Notes: generated by a model not told the origin, from the letters alone. A stretch of 64,000 nucleotides of DNA from Abditibacteriaceae bacterium (GCA_965277285.1 OZ255721.1:1984001-2048000); one strand, 5' to 3'; positions 30,598-41,508 are shown, counted from the stretch's first letter. Program-made: numbers and translations.

Positions 30598-32076
30598 TTA
30601 GTCGTTGGAAAGGTGTTCGTCTTGAATTTTTTGTAAAGCCAAAGCACGAAAGGCTTCGCCGCGTTTTTCGTAATTGGGGAATTGATCGAACGAAGCGCAA
30701 GCCGGACTTAAAAGAACCGAAACAATGGCGTTTTGGCCTTGATTTACAAGGGTTTTTCCAGGAGAAGATGCGCGCATTATAGCCTGTTCAACCGCTCTTG
30801 TCAAGTTTTCGCACCCAACAATTTGCTGTTCCGAAAAACCCGCGCGCCGCGCCGCGTCTTCAATGATGGGCGCATCGTGCCCGATGGTCAGCAAAACGGC
30901 GGCTTTTTCGACAATCGCGCGACCCAATTCGTCCCAACTTTCCGGCTGCTCCAGCTTGGCCATGCCGCCCGCAATGAGGAAAATCGGTGCTTCGAACGAT
31001 TGCAAGGCGCGAATTGTCGCGTCGGGGATCGTCGCCTGACTGTCGTTGATAAATCGAAAGCGTTCGTTCTGTGCCACGATTTCCAGGCGATGCGGCAAGC
31101 TCTGGAAGTTGCGCAACACGTCGCCGATTTCTTGGGCGCAATCGAGTACTCGATCTCCTAAAACTGCGACCACCGCCGTCAAAGCCGCCGCCACGTTGCT
31201 GCTGTTATGTGCGCCGCGCAAGGCGATTTCGCCCACGTTCGCAATTGGCACATCGCCTTTTTCGGTTCGCACGCCCAAAACTTCGCCGCGACGCCACACG
31301 AAATGCGCGTCATGTTGCGCCGAACTGGTCAGAAACTCAACTTGCTCGTTCAACTCAAGCGAAATGTTCAGCTTGCTCGATACGAGTTTTTGCAGATTGA
31401 CATCATCCACATTAAAAATCGCCGTGTCGCCTTTCTTCTGATTGGCGAACAATTTCAGCTTGGTCGTCCAATATTGTTCCAGACTCGTGTGATAATCCAA
31501 GTGATCGGGCAAAAGATTAAGCAAGACACCAATGCGCGGCTTGAACGTCGGTGCGCGTTCCAACTGGAAAGACGAGACTTCGACAATCGCCCAGCTTTCC
31601 GGCGATAAGTTCGGCAATTCGGCAATCAGAGGAACGCCTGTGTTGCCGCAACGAATCGCGTTGAGGCCGCACGCCTGGAGCATTTCTGAAATCAGTTTAA
31701 CGGTTGTGCTTTTGCCTTTGGTTCCGGTCACAGCGATCATCGGTGCGGGACAATGGCGCGCCGAAAGTTCGAGTTCGCCAATGATTTCGCAGCCTCGCGC
31801 GGCGCTATTTTCCAAGATCGAGCGCAGCGGTTCGTGATGAATCTTTAAGCCCGGCGAAATTACAATTTCCGAACATTGTTGCAGTCCCGCAAAGTTCGCA
31901 TCGCCTGCGCGCAATTCGACACCAATTTTTTCCAAATTGCGCGCTTCGGGACTCAACTCTTCCAGCGGCTTGCTGTCGTAGCCAATGACGCGCGCGCCGC
32001 GAGACGCCAGAAAATGCGCGGCAGGAATCCCCGAACGCGCCAAACCTAAAACAGCACTGACTTTTTCACTTTGCAT
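30598..32076 (-). CDS. murD: UDP-MurNAc-L-Ala--D-Glu ligase
   Basis: GLARSG, AVTGTKGKSTT, EVSSFQL, DHLDYH and LLSPACASFDQF motifs. Confidence 0.96.
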   Translation of the reverse strand: MQSEKVSAVLGLARSGIPAAHFLASRGARVIGYDSKPLEELSPEARNLEKIGVELRAGDANFAGLQQCSEIVISPGLKIHHEPLRSILENSAARGCEIIGELELSARHCPAPMIAVTGTKGKSTTVKLISEMLQACGLNAIRCGNTGVPLIAELPNLSPESWAIVEVSSFQLERAPTFKPRIGVLLNLLPDHLDYHTSLEQYWTTKLKLFANQKKGDTAIFNVDDVNLQKLVSSKLNISLELNEQVEFLTSSAQHDAHFVWRRGEVLGVRTEKGDVPIANVGEIALRGAHNSSNVAAALTAVVAVLGDRVLDCAQEIGDVLRNFQSLPHRLEIVAQNERFRFINDSQATIPDATIRALQSFEAPIFLIAGGMAKLEQPESWDELGRAIVEKAAVLLTIGHDAPIIEDAARRAGFSEQQIVGCENLTRAVEQAIMRASSPGKTLVNQGQNAIVSVLLSPACASFDQFPNYEKRGEAFRALALQKIQDEHLSND

Positions 32077-32126
32077 AATCGTAGGAGCGTCAGCTTGCGG
32101 CGCTCATTTTCGAGTACTCGAATCGC

Positions 32127-33269
32127 TTAATAATTGGGCCAGCGTGGAATAATCTTCATATACCACAACACCAGGCCAATCAGCGAAGTGATGGCGTTTA
32201 TCAGCCAGAAAGTGAGGACAACACGCCATTCGCTCCAGCCCGCCAGTTCAAAATGATGATGCAGCGGCGCGCGACGAAACAAGCGTTTGCCTTCGCCAGT
32301 TTTGCGTTTGGTGTACTTGAAATATCCGACTTGCGCGATCACGCTGAACATTTCGATGTAAAAAATAAAGCCAATAAACGGCAGCAGAAAAACCGCGCCC
32401 GACAAAATCGCGCACATTCCCAGCGCCGCGCCCAAAGCCAATGAACCTGTATCGCCCATAAAAACGCGCGCCGGATATTTGTTGAAAGCGAGAAAGCCCA
32501 AACACGCGCCCGCCAGCGCAATCGCCAACCAACTCGAATCGTATAGTACGCCTTCGTTGCAGACAGCCAGAGCCATTCCCGCAATGACCGTCAAACCCGC
32601 CGCCAAACCATCAATTCCATCCGTTAAATTGACAGCGTTGCAGGTTCCAATCAGTAAAATTAGCAAAAGAAAACTGGGCGCAAGAACTGTCGTTGCAAAT
32701 TGCGATGCTGGCGAAACACTGACGGCACTACGATAAAAAGCAGACAAAACGACAAAGAGAAACCAAAGAAAAACCGCTGACAAAACAACTTGCCACGCGA
32801 ATTTGTGGCGCGCTTTTAAACCACCTTTGCCGCGCGCTTTCGACCAATCATCAGCGAAACCGAGCAGCATAAACGAAGCGGCGAGCAGAAGAAACAAACA
32901 CGCTTCGGCCAATTCGCTAAACGCGCTGTGCCATAGTGAAGCGCCATAGCCACGCTGACGACTTGTGATATTTGGGCCGCCCTTGAGCGAGAAAAAGGTG
33001 TAAAGTCCTTCCATGCCCAGCACGCTGAACAATGCCGCGCCGATGATGCCTAATCCGCCCATCGAAGGCGTGCCAGCTTTTTTCAAGTGCGAATCGGGCG
33101 TGTCTTCGCGCGCTGACCACTTCATGCCACGCAAATTTTTAATCCACGCAATCAGCGGATTGCCGATCAGCAACATCAACGCGCACGAGCAAGCGAAAAT
33201 GAGCCACAACCAAAGCCCGTCGTAACGCAGCATTGCATCGAAAATCATCGTGTTGGAATTAGCGGACAA
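32127..33269 (-). CDS. mraY: Phospho-MurNAc-pentapeptide transferase
   Basis: KAGTPSMGG, NAVNLTDGIDGL, FMGDTGS and APLHHHFE motifs. Confidence 0.96.
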   Translation of the reverse strand: MSANSNTMIFDAMLRYDGLWLWLIFACSCALMLLIGNPLIAWIKNLRGMKWSAREDTPDSHLKKAGTPSMGGLGIIGAALFSVLGMEGLYTFFSLKGGPNITSRQRGYGASLWHSAFSELAEACLFLLLAASFMLLGFADDWSKARGKGGLKARHKFAWQVVLSAVFLWFLFVVLSAFYRSAVSVSPASQFATTVLAPSFLLLILLIGTCNAVNLTDGIDGLAAGLTVIAGMALAVCNEGVLYDSSWLAIALAGACLGFLAFNKYPARVFMGDTGSLALGAALGMCAILSGAVFLLPFIGFIFYIEMFSVIAQVGYFKYTKRKTGEGKRLFRRAPLHHHFELAGWSEWRVVLTFWLINAITSLIGLVLWYMKIIPRWPNY

Positions 33270-34677
33270 GCGCGCTCACCACCAATTCCAGCCGGACGCT
33301 GCGACTGCCTTTCACCAATACGACATCGCCACTTTCCACAACATCGAGTACTCGATGCGCCGCTTCTGCAGCGTTTTCGCACCAGAAAGTTTCAACAGTT
33401 GTCGCGTCCAAAGCGGCGCGCGTTTCTTCGCCGACATAAATCACCAGATCGCAAATCTGCGACGCCAAAACGCCGAGTTTTCGATGCTCGTCTTCGCTGA
33501 ATTCGCCCAACTCTTTCATCGCACCTAAAACCGCGACGCGACGTTTCGCATCGGGAAAATCGCGCAACGTTTCCAATGCGACGCGCATCGAATCCGGCCC
33601 GGCGTTGTAACAATCATCTAAAATTGTCAGTTCGTTCGCGCGCAAAACACGCATTCGTGCGCCAGGAACTTCGACGCTTTCCAAGGCGCGCGCGGCTTCG
33701 TTCAAATCAACGCCCAATTCATACGCAACCGCAAAAGCCGCCGCCGCGTTCGTCGCGTTATGCACGCCAGGCAACGGCAGCAGAATTCTGAACTTTGAAT
33801 TCTCAATTTTGAATTCGGCTTCGACGTTACCGTTTTCGGTCGTTCGAGTACTCGATACGCGAACATCGGCGTTATTCGATGTGCCGAACGTGATGACGCG
33901 ACAGCCTTTTTCGCGTGCAATTTCCTGAAGCAATTCGCAATAAGCGCCTTCATCGGGAAGAACCGCCACACCGTCGGCAGGAAGATTTTCGATCAGTTCG
34001 GCTTTGGCGCGCGCGATGTTTTCCAGATTTCCCAGCAGTTCGATATGTTGCGGCCCAATGTTAGTAATGACGCCGATTGTCGGGCGCGCAATGTCGGCCA
34101 AGTATTCGATTTGTCCTAATCCGCGCATTCCCATTTCGACAATCGCGGCTTTGTGATTTTCGTTCAAGCCGAACAAGGTTTGCGGCACGCCGATTTCGTT
34201 ATTGAAGTTTTCGCGCGACGCGAGGATTTCGCCCAACGGTGAAAGCGCGGCGGCAATGAAAGCGCGCGTCGTGGTTTTGCCATACGAGCCGGTCACGCCA
34301 ATAACAGGAATGTGAAAACGTTCGCGGTGAAAGCGCGCCAGTTCACCAAGAGATTGCAGGGAATTGAGTACTCGAATCAACGCTAAATCGTCTCGCAATT
34401 GTTTTTTGGCTTCAGCCGCTTTAATGTCAAAAGGGGAAGTTTCAATAATCGCAGCGACAGCGCCAGCAGAGTGGGCTTCGTTCAAGAAATTGTGGCCGTC
34501 AAAGCGTTCGCCGCGCAAAGCGACAAACAACGAATTGGGTCGCAGCAAGCGCGTGTCCGAAGAAACGCCAGAAACACGGAGACTGCATTCGCCTCCAAAC
34601 AACGTTCCTTTTGTCGCCGCTAAAACTTCGCCCAATGTAAACGAAGCTGTGTTATTGGCGGAAGAGGCGTCACTCAC
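33259..34677 (-). CDS. murF: UDP-MurNAc-tripeptide--D-Ala-D-Ala ligase
   Basis: FDGHNF, GVTGSYGKTTT, NNEIGVP, DDCYNAGP and LVKGSR motifs; GTG start overlaps the murE stop. Confidence 0.95.
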   Translation of the reverse strand: MSDASSANNTASFTLGEVLAATKGTLFGGECSLRVSGVSSDTRLLRPNSLFVALRGERFDGHNFLNEAHSAGAVAAIIETSPFDIKAAEAKKQLRDDLALIRVLNSLQSLGELARFHRERFHIPVIGVTGSYGKTTTRAFIAAALSPLGEILASRENFNNEIGVPQTLFGLNENHKAAIVEMGMRGLGQIEYLADIARPTIGVITNIGPQHIELLGNLENIARAKAELIENLPADGVAVLPDEGAYCELLQEIAREKGCRVITFGTSNNADVRVSSTRTTENGNVEAEFKIENSKFRILLPLPGVHNATNAAAAFAVAYELGVDLNEAARALESVEVPGARMRVLRANELTILDDCYNAGPDSMRVALETLRDFPDAKRRVAVLGAMKELGEFSEDEHRKLGVLASQICDLVIYVGEETRAALDATTVETFWCENAAEAAHRVLDVVESGDVVLVKGSRSVRLELVVSALVR

Positions 34678-36209
34678 GCGCGTTCTCCCTGCGCGTGTTC
34701 GAGCCATTCGCGCACGACTTCGCGGTCGTCGAAGTGAATCGTGCGGTCTTTGAAAATCTGATACGTTTCGTGACCCTTGCCCGCCACAACCACGAAATCG
34801 CCTTTCTTCGCCAGGCTCAATGCCAGTTCAATCGCTTTGCGGCGATCAATTTTGACAACGGTTTCGGCGTTGCCTTGCGCGGTTCCGGCCAAAACGTCAT
34901 CAATGATTTTCTGAGGGTCTTCGGTGCGCGGATTGTCGCTCGTCACGACGCAAAGGTCGGAGAAACTGGCGGCAATCGCGCCCATTTGCGGACGCTTGGT
35001 TTTATCGCGGTCGCCGCCGCAGCCAAACACCGTAATCAAACGTCCTGGCGTAAATTCGCGGACAGTTGTAATCACGTTTTTCAAGCCGTCCGGCGTGTGC
35101 GCATAATCGACGGCGACAAAGAAATCTTGTCCCAGGTCGATCATTTCCATGCGGCCTTCGGGCGCTTTGGCGCGACCAAGCGCGGCCTGAATCTGCGCTC
35201 CGCTCATGCCTTTCAAGACGCCGAAACCGACCGCCGACAACGCGTTATAAACGTTGAAGCGCCCGATCAATCCAACGTCCAGATGAATATCGCCGCTCGC
35301 ACTGCGCGCCACAAAACTCATTCCTGATGGCGTCAGATGAACCGCTTCGCCTTCGATGTGCGCCTCGTTTTCGATGCCATATGTCACATAAAGCAGTTCA
35401 TTCGAGTACTCATCGCGCAAGCGCCGACCATAATGATCGTCCACATTGATGACGGCGCCAAACGATTTGAACTGCTCGGAATAGCGCGCGACTTCGGAAA
35501 ACAATTTCGCTTTGGCCTGGAAATAATTTTCCATGTCGCCGTGATAATCAAGGTGATCTTGCGTCAGGTTGGTGAAGATAGCCGCATCGAAAGCGCAACC
35601 CGCGACGCGCTTCATATCGAGCGCGTGGGACGAAACTTCCATCACGACAGCGTCGCTGCCGCCATCGAGAAAATCGGCCAGCAAACGTTGCAAATCGAGG
35701 CTTTCCGGCGTGGTGCGTCCCGTATCATAAGCGGCGCGTTCCGTCGCAGCGCCCAAAGTTCCGATGATGCCAACGCTTTTGTAACCCGCTTCGCGCAGCA
35801 TTTCCGCGACCAGATGTGCGACCGTCGTTTTGCCGTTGGTGCCCGTCACGCCGACCAGCAGCATTTCGCGCGACGGATGAGAATAAAACTCGCACGCCAT
35901 GTTCGCCAACGCCAGGCGCGAGTCTTTCACCAGAACGCCGGTGACGTGCGACGGCAAGGTTTTTAGAGCGTTTTCGTCTTCGGCGACAATCGTCGTCGCG
36001 CCTTTTTCCAAGGCTTGTGGGATGAACTCGTGACCGTCGCGTTTTTGGCCGCGCACGCAAATGAAAGCGGTGTCGGGCGCGACTTCGCGCGAATCATACG
36101 CCAGCGCCGCGACTTCGGTTGACGCAGTGTCTTCGAGCGAACAACGCTCGCCATTGCGGATGATTTGCGCATCCGGCGTGCTGGCTAAAAGCTCCTTGAG
36201 CGACGGCAT
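34674..36209 (-). CDS. murE: UDP-MurNAc-dipeptide--meso-DAP ligase
   Basis: GTNGKTT, MEVSSH, DYAHTPD, DNPR (DAP-type) and AGKGHE motifs. Confidence 0.96.
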   Translation of the reverse strand: MPSLKELLASTPDAQIIRNGERCSLEDTASTEVAALAYDSREVAPDTAFICVRGQKRDGHEFIPQALEKGATTIVAEDENALKTLPSHVTGVLVKDSRLALANMACEFYSHPSREMLLVGVTGTNGKTTVAHLVAEMLREAGYKSVGIIGTLGAATERAAYDTGRTTPESLDLQRLLADFLDGGSDAVVMEVSSHALDMKRVAGCAFDAAIFTNLTQDHLDYHGDMENYFQAKAKLFSEVARYSEQFKSFGAVINVDDHYGRRLRDEYSNELLYVTYGIENEAHIEGEAVHLTPSGMSFVARSASGDIHLDVGLIGRFNVYNALSAVGFGVLKGMSGAQIQAALGRAKAPEGRMEMIDLGQDFFVAVDYAHTPDGLKNVITTVREFTPGRLITVFGCGGDRDKTKRPQMGAIAASFSDLCVVTSDNPRTEDPQKIIDDVLAGTAQGNAETVVKIDRRKAIELALSLAKKGDFVVVAGKGHETYQIFKDRTIHFDDREVVREWLEHAQGERA

Positions 36210-36265
36210 GATGTCCTTTCGTTTGGGTGTCGTCCAGTTTCTCATTCGAGTACTCGATTTGTAGA

Positions 36266-36495
36266 AATTCACCGCAGAGGGCGCGGAGGGCGCAGAGAAA
36301 AAGAATAAGGAAGAACGGGGTTCGAGTACGTGAAAGTATTCCGTACGGGCGAGGCATACCTCGCCCGTACAACTCATCGCTTAAACCTTCATTGCTTCTT
36401 CTCTCCGTGACTCTGCGCCTTTGCGGTTTAATTCTACACAATCGAGTACTCGATCTTCTTTTTCTCTGCGTTCTCCGCGACCTCTGCGGTGAATT
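36266..36495. repeat. Composite intergenic repeat: family-D outer arms, GTAC REP hairpin (36343-36370) and palindrome copy 36442
   Basis: AATTCACCGCAGAGGGCGCGGAG... near-complements ...CTCCGCGACCTCTGCGGTGAATT. Confidence 0.8.
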
Positions 36496-38482
36496 ATTCT
36501 TTGGTCGGCGCCTTGAACGGCTTCATAAACTCGGCTTGCGGGGCCGGTGCGCTGGCGCCTTTTTCCAATCGTAGTTGCATCATCGCAGTTTGCGCGATTT
36601 CGGCGAAAGCGGGGCCGCACACTTCGCTGCCCCAGTGACTTCCGTGCGGCTCATCGGCCAAAACCAGCACTACATATTCCGGCTTGCGTGACGGCAAAAA
36701 CCCGACGAATGAGGAAATAAATCGTCCGCTGGAATAACCGCGCTTGCCATCCGATTTCTGCGCCGAACCAGTTTTTCCCGCCGTCTGATAACCTGGCACA
36801 AACACATATTTGCGCGCTGTACCTTCGCGCGTCACGCGCTCCATCATGCCAGTCACCGTTTGCGCCGTTTCCGGTTTGATGATTTGACCTTCGCTTTCCG
36901 GCTGGAACGTTTGCAGCGTTTGGCCCGTCGCACCGCGCAACTCTTTCACCAGCATCGGCTTCATCATCACACCGTTGTTGGCGACCGTCGCCGCGATGCG
37001 AATCAATTGCAGCGGCGTCACCATCATGCCTTGACCAAAGGAAAAGTTCGCCAATTGTTCGGCGCTCCAATGCTTCGGGTCTTTGGCCAGCCAGCCGCTT
37101 TGTCCGCGCAAACCGGCGATTTTGATCGGTTCGCCCAGCTTGAACTTTTTCGCGTAATCCAACATCGTCGGTGCGCCCATAATATGAGCGAAGTGCCACA
37201 TCGTGATATTGGAGCTGTCGCGGATACCATCGGACAGCGTTTTCATTTCGGTCTTGTTGTGACCGCCCCAGAACGTCCAGTCGTGGATGATATGCTTACC
37301 GATTTTTTCCGCGCCCGTCACCAGAAACGCTTTGCTTTGCCAGTCGGGAATCTGCTCAACCGAAGCGCACGCCGTAATCATCTTGAACGTCGAACCCGGC
37401 TCATAGGCGAAGTTGATGCACTTGTTAGCCGCCAGATCGCCGACATTTTTCGGGCGATTGTTCAAGTCAAAAGACGGCGCCGTCGCCATCGCCACGATTT
37501 CGCCAGTGCTCGGGCGCATCACAATCGACAGCGCCTGCTGCGGCTTGTACTTCGCCATGATCTCCGCCACAACTTTATCCGCCGCCGCCTGAACTTCCGG
37601 CTCAATCGTTGTAACGACGGTTTGTCCCGCGACGGGCGCGCGCCATTCATCGACTTGTCCAGGAATCGGGCGATTGCGCGCATCGACCTGCGACACCACC
37701 ACGCCGTCTTTGCCGCCCAATTTCTTATTGAGCGACCATTCCAAGCCGTCCACGCCACGACCAGCGCCGTCGGTGAAACCGATCAATTGACTGGCGAAGT
37801 TGCCCATTGGATAAGCGCGACGCGGCGATGCTTCAAGAGAAATCGGCTCCCAAAACGTTTTGCGATCTGAGCGCTCTTTCCGCGTGTCGCTTTTGCGCGC
37901 CTGCATCAAACCGCGCAGTTTCTCAATTTTTTCTTCGCTGATGTGACGCGCCAAACGCACGTAATAGTTCGGCTTGCCATCGGGCTTCGTCGTCTTCTGC
38001 AACAGATTCGAGTACTCGTTCGCATCGCCGCCAATTGCCGACGCGATCATTTGCGCCATTTTGGGTTTATCGAGAATCGCGCGCGGGTTCGCCGTAACAG
38101 TGTATTCATCCAAAGTCACGGCGAGCGCGCTGCCGTCAGACGCTAAAATATCGGCGCGGCGCGCGGGCAAAACCTGCCGCTGCGTCATCTTCGCCAAAGC
38201 GAAACCGCCCGCGTTCGGCTTGCGCGATTCCATGCCCTGCAAATAAACCAGGCGCGCCGACAAACCCACCAACGGAACGGCCAACAGATAAAACGTCCAC
38301 TCGATGCGGCGCCGCGTGTTCGGGCGCACAACGTGACCCGCCGCTTTGGCGCGACGACGCGCCGCGCGCTTCATCCGCGTCGGTGCCACAACGTGCGGTG
38401 CGCTTGCAGCATTTGTAGGAGCGACGTTCGCATCGCGCGGAGTCGGCAAGGTTTTCGTTCGAGTTGGCGTGGTGCGTTCCAT
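36494..38482 (-). CDS. ftsI: Class B penicillin-binding protein (FtsI/PBP3-like)
   Basis: EPGSTFK (SxxK), SSN (SxN) and KTG motifs; N-terminal TM segment; dcw position. Confidence 0.92.
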   Translation of the reverse strand: MERTTPTRTKTLPTPRDANVAPTNAASAPHVVAPTRMKRAARRRAKAAGHVVRPNTRRRIEWTFYLLAVPLVGLSARLVYLQGMESRKPNAGGFALAKMTQRQVLPARRADILASDGSALAVTLDEYTVTANPRAILDKPKMAQMIASAIGGDANEYSNLLQKTTKPDGKPNYYVRLARHISEEKIEKLRGLMQARKSDTRKERSDRKTFWEPISLEASPRRAYPMGNFASQLIGFTDGAGRGVDGLEWSLNKKLGGKDGVVVSQVDARNRPIPGQVDEWRAPVAGQTVVTTIEPEVQAAADKVVAEIMAKYKPQQALSIVMRPSTGEIVAMATAPSFDLNNRPKNVGDLAANKCINFAYEPGSTFKMITACASVEQIPDWQSKAFLVTGAEKIGKHIIHDWTFWGGHNKTEMKTLSDGIRDSSNITMWHFAHIMGAPTMLDYAKKFKLGEPIKIAGLRGQSGWLAKDPKHWSAEQLANFSFGQGMMVTPLQLIRIAATVANNGVMMKPMLVKELRGATGQTLQTFQPESEGQIIKPETAQTVTGMMERVTREGTARKYVFVPGYQTAGKTGSAQKSDGKRGYSSGRFISSFVGFLPSRKPEYVVLVLADEPHGSHWGSEVCGPAFAEIAQTAMMQLRLEKGASAPAPQAEFMKPFKAPTKE

Positions 38483-39177
38483 CAGTGTTGGTGTCTGCTT
38501 GGTCGTTTCATCTTCCTGCTTGGTCGTTGATCACTTTGTGGTTGCAGCGCATCGTTCGACGAAGCGTTGGCCGCATGGCCGTTCGAGTACTCGATAGGCG
38601 GCGCAAGCGGGGCGGCAGGTTTCGAGATGTCGTCCAACTCGGTTTGCGCCGCCTGATGGTAGCCCAACTTTGCGGCCCACGTTCCCATTTGCGGATCGTT
38701 GCCCAGCACCGCGATTTTGCGTTGCGTCTTGTCGATTTCCGATTCCGTATCCGCGATTTTTTGCATCAATGTGTCGGTGCGATGCGAGGCGGAAACCGCC
38801 AATGCCTTCAACCACAAAGCCGCCAGCAATTGGCAAAACAAAACGCCGCTGACGAAAGTCGCCGTCCACGTCAGGCGAAACGCACGATGTTGACGACGCA
38901 AACGGCGCGGCACAATCGGCACGGCGCCTTCTTCGCGTACTGCTTCCAAAACTTCGCGGTAGGAATGCGCGGTTTCTTCGTCTTCAATTTGAGGTTGAGA
39001 TTGCGCGACGTGTTGCGTTGGGCGGATGTGGGCGCGATTGGTCGCGGAGCGATGAGAAGGATGACGGCGCGCGTTGCGCTTAGAGGAAGGTCGCGCGCCT
39101 TTTTGCACTGCCGTCGAAACATCCGAAGCGGAGTCGGTGTCGAGCGAGTATTCATCTTGTGCAGCGGGCAGCGCCAT
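38482..39177 (-). CDS. FtsL-like cell division protein
   Basis: Between rsmH and ftsI; single TM followed by a coiled coil and AAKLG; AGGAGG RBS. Confidence 0.65.
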   Translation of the reverse strand: MALPAAQDEYSLDTDSASDVSTAVQKGARPSSKRNARRHPSHRSATNRAHIRPTQHVAQSQPQIEDEETAHSYREVLEAVREEGAVPIVPRRLRRQHRAFRLTWTATFVSGVLFCQLLAALWLKALAVSASHRTDTLMQKIADTESEIDKTQRKIAVLGNDPQMGTWAAKLGYHQAAQTELDDISKPAAPLAPPIEYSNGHAANASSNDALQPQSDQRPSRKMKRPSRHQH

Positions 39178-39337
39178 AGCGAACCATCCTCCTGTTGCAA
39201 CATTGCAGCGCAAAGCTGCAGCTTGGTCGTTGGCTTCGCGCTTGTGGGTGCGCGCGAACGGAAGGACTAAATTGTAAGGATCAAAGCACATCGAGTACTC
39301 GATATGCGGGTTTAAGATTTAATTTGTATTTACGGCG

Positions 39338-40540
39338 TTACTTCATTTCAAGTTTTTCAATTGCGCGCAGCTTGCACGAACGCGAAAGCGGGTTGCTCTC
39401 GATTTCAGCGTCTGTTGGCGCAATAGGTTTTGGTGTCACGATTTTCGTCTTCCAGGTTTCTCCAAAGCCTTCGATCCAATCGGGAATTGACGGTGCGCTG
39501 TCGTTCGGGAATTGGAAGCGAGGTTCTTCATCGGAGGTGAGAGTGGAACGCGTCGTGGCGAAATCGCTTTGATTCTTTGCAGAATCTCGGCTTTTCTTTT
39601 TGCGGCGCGGATTTGCTTCCTCGAAAGGAATCGTCCGCCCGGCCATGAGGCGAAAGGTGCGTTTAACGATGCGGTCTTCGTTGCTGCTGTAGGTCAAAAT
39701 AATGAGTCGGGCTGCGGGTGCCAAAACCTGCATCAACGCCCACGCGCCTTTGTCGAGTGCCCCAAACTCGTCGTTCACGGCAAGCCGTAAAGCAGCGAAA
39801 GTTTGAGTGGCGGGATGAACACGCGACTGGCGGCGGACAGAAACAGGTATGGCGGCTTCGATAAGACTCACTAATTCCGACGTGGTGCGAATGACGTGGC
39901 GGCTGCGATGTTCTACGATAACGGCTGCGATGCGACGCGCCCATCTCTCGTCGGCGAACTTGAATAAAACGTCCTCAAGTTCCTGGGAAGAAAGTCGGTT
40001 CACCAGGTCGAAAGCCGAAAAATCCTGGGCGCGGTCATAGCGCATATCCAGCAAAGCATCGCCGCGAAACGAGATTCCCCGTTGCGCGTTCGTGATTTGC
40101 CAGAGCGACATTCCCGCGTCCACCAGAGCGCCATCAATCTGCGCAATAGGACGACCATCGGCTCCAACCTTTTGGTTTTCAAAGTACGGTTTGAGCAGTT
40201 CATGCGCATTCCGAAAATCCCCAAGGATCGTCGTCACGCGTTCGAGTACTCGATTGTCCTGCAAACGCTCCCGCGCGAACTGCATCGAATCGCGGTCACG
40301 ATCAAATGCGACTACGCGACACGTCGGGTGCGCCTTCAAAATCTCCAATGTATGACCCGCCGTTCCCAACGTTGCGTCGATGAAAACGGCGTCCGGCGTG
40401 CTAACGGCCAAGTCGTGACAACGTAAGCACGCGAGGGTTTCGCTTATCATCGCGGGCGGGTGCAGGCGAGGTTGCTTCTCGACTGTTGCCGCTTCGTCCT
40501 GATTCGCTTCCTCGTGTTCCTGTGGCGACGATTTCGACAT
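39338..40540 (-). CDS. rsmH: 16S rRNA m4C1402 methyltransferase
   Basis: DATLGTAGH, LDMRYD, HPATQTFAALRLAVNDE and NPLSRSCKLR motifs; start uncertain. Confidence 0.93.
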   Translation of the reverse strand: MSKSSPQEHEEANQDEAATVEKQPRLHPPAMISETLACLRCHDLAVSTPDAVFIDATLGTAGHTLEILKAHPTCRVVAFDRDRDSMQFARERLQDNRVLERVTTILGDFRNAHELLKPYFENQKVGADGRPIAQIDGALVDAGMSLWQITNAQRGISFRGDALLDMRYDRAQDFSAFDLVNRLSSQELEDVLFKFADERWARRIAAVIVEHRSRHVIRTTSELVSLIEAAIPVSVRRQSRVHPATQTFAALRLAVNDEFGALDKGAWALMQVLAPAARLIILTYSSNEDRIVKRTFRLMAGRTIPFEEANPRRKKKSRDSAKNQSDFATTRSTLTSDEEPRFQFPNDSAPSIPDWIEGFGETWKTKIVTPKPIAPTDAEIESNPLSRSCKLRAIEKLEMK

Positions 40541-41159
40541 CTTGAGTATTCGTTTCCACCATCGGCACTTCGGCAGCCTTGTCGTTCGCCTTCTTGATGC
40601 TCGATGCCGCCGCTCGCAACAATCCGGCTTGCGCGCGACGCACTTCAGCACTTTGCAAACGACGATGCTGCGCGGCTTCCCAACGTTCGCGGCTCCACAG
40701 CACCGCATGATTGAGAACGCCGACCGTCACGACTTCTTTGTCCAACTGCGCGTAGAACCGCAAAATCTCCGGCACCTGCACGCGCCATCCGTTATCGACC
40801 GGCATCACTTCGGCAGCGCCCGTGATTCGTTCGACTGCCGCCGCCAAATCTTCGTCATCGGGATGCTCGGCAATGGTGCGTTCGCAATGCTCCAGCACGT
40901 CCAAGCCCGTCCGATAATTATAGATTCCGATGTTGTCGTTTTCGTCCAACATCATCCAAAACTGATCGGTCAACGCAGGCCGCAACTTCGCCGGAATAAT
41001 GACGCGCCCTTTTTCATCCAACGCGTGAAAATGCGTGCCCGTCATCACCGGAACTTCGGGCAACGCGGATGCGAGCGAAGAAGCGGGAGCGGCCTCGTCG
41101 CCGCTGCTTTTCAATCGCGTTTTGTCGTCATTCGCCGCGATTCTCAATTCGCTCTCCAC
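40401..41159 (-). CDS. mraZ: Transcriptional regulator MraZ (extended termini)
   Basis: GTHFHALDEKGRVIIPAKLR, then a second AbrB-like repeat ending VLWSRERWE; first gene of the dcw cluster. Confidence 0.88.
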   Translation of the reverse strand: MESELRIAANDDKTRLKSSGDEAAPASSLASALPEVPVMTGTHFHALDEKGRVIIPAKLRPALTDQFWMMLDENDNIGIYNYRTGLDVLEHCERTIAEHPDDEDLAAAVERITGAAEVMPVDNGWRVQVPEILRFYAQLDKEVVTVGVLNHAVLWSRERWEAAQHRRLQSAEVRRAQAGLLRAAASSIKKANDKAAEVPMVETNTQDVEIVATGTRGSESGRSGNSREATSPAPARDDKRNPRVLTLSRLGR

Positions 41160-41508
41160 GCGCCCAATGGCGTCGTTCTCACAGTTTCAAGTGCTCGGGG
41201 AAAGCGCGTCCAAATGCGTCCTTTCACGTCACTTGGCGTCCATTATAACCCTTTAGCGAAATCATGTGTAAGTTTTGGCGCTTTTTTTTCGCTCTCATTT
41301 ATAATCTTTACGATTAAAGTTGTATAAATAAGAAATTTTCTTCATTGCGTCTTAAACATAGTGATAAGTTCGGCAGCGCACATCAACTCGTCTGCGTAAC
41401 CGAGCGGATTGAGAATTTTGGATGTAGGTAAGATGGGAAAGGTGGGTTCGAGTACTCGAATGCAGGAGAGTTGACGGTCAATTATCGAAGTGGAGAGCGC
41501 ACGATCTC

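Noticed and set aside
41421..41446. MraZ-binding boxes upstream of mraZ
   Set aside because: The TAGG/TGGG/TGGG units have 9-nt rather than the usual 10-nt period and lie on the non-coding strand; too weak to call.
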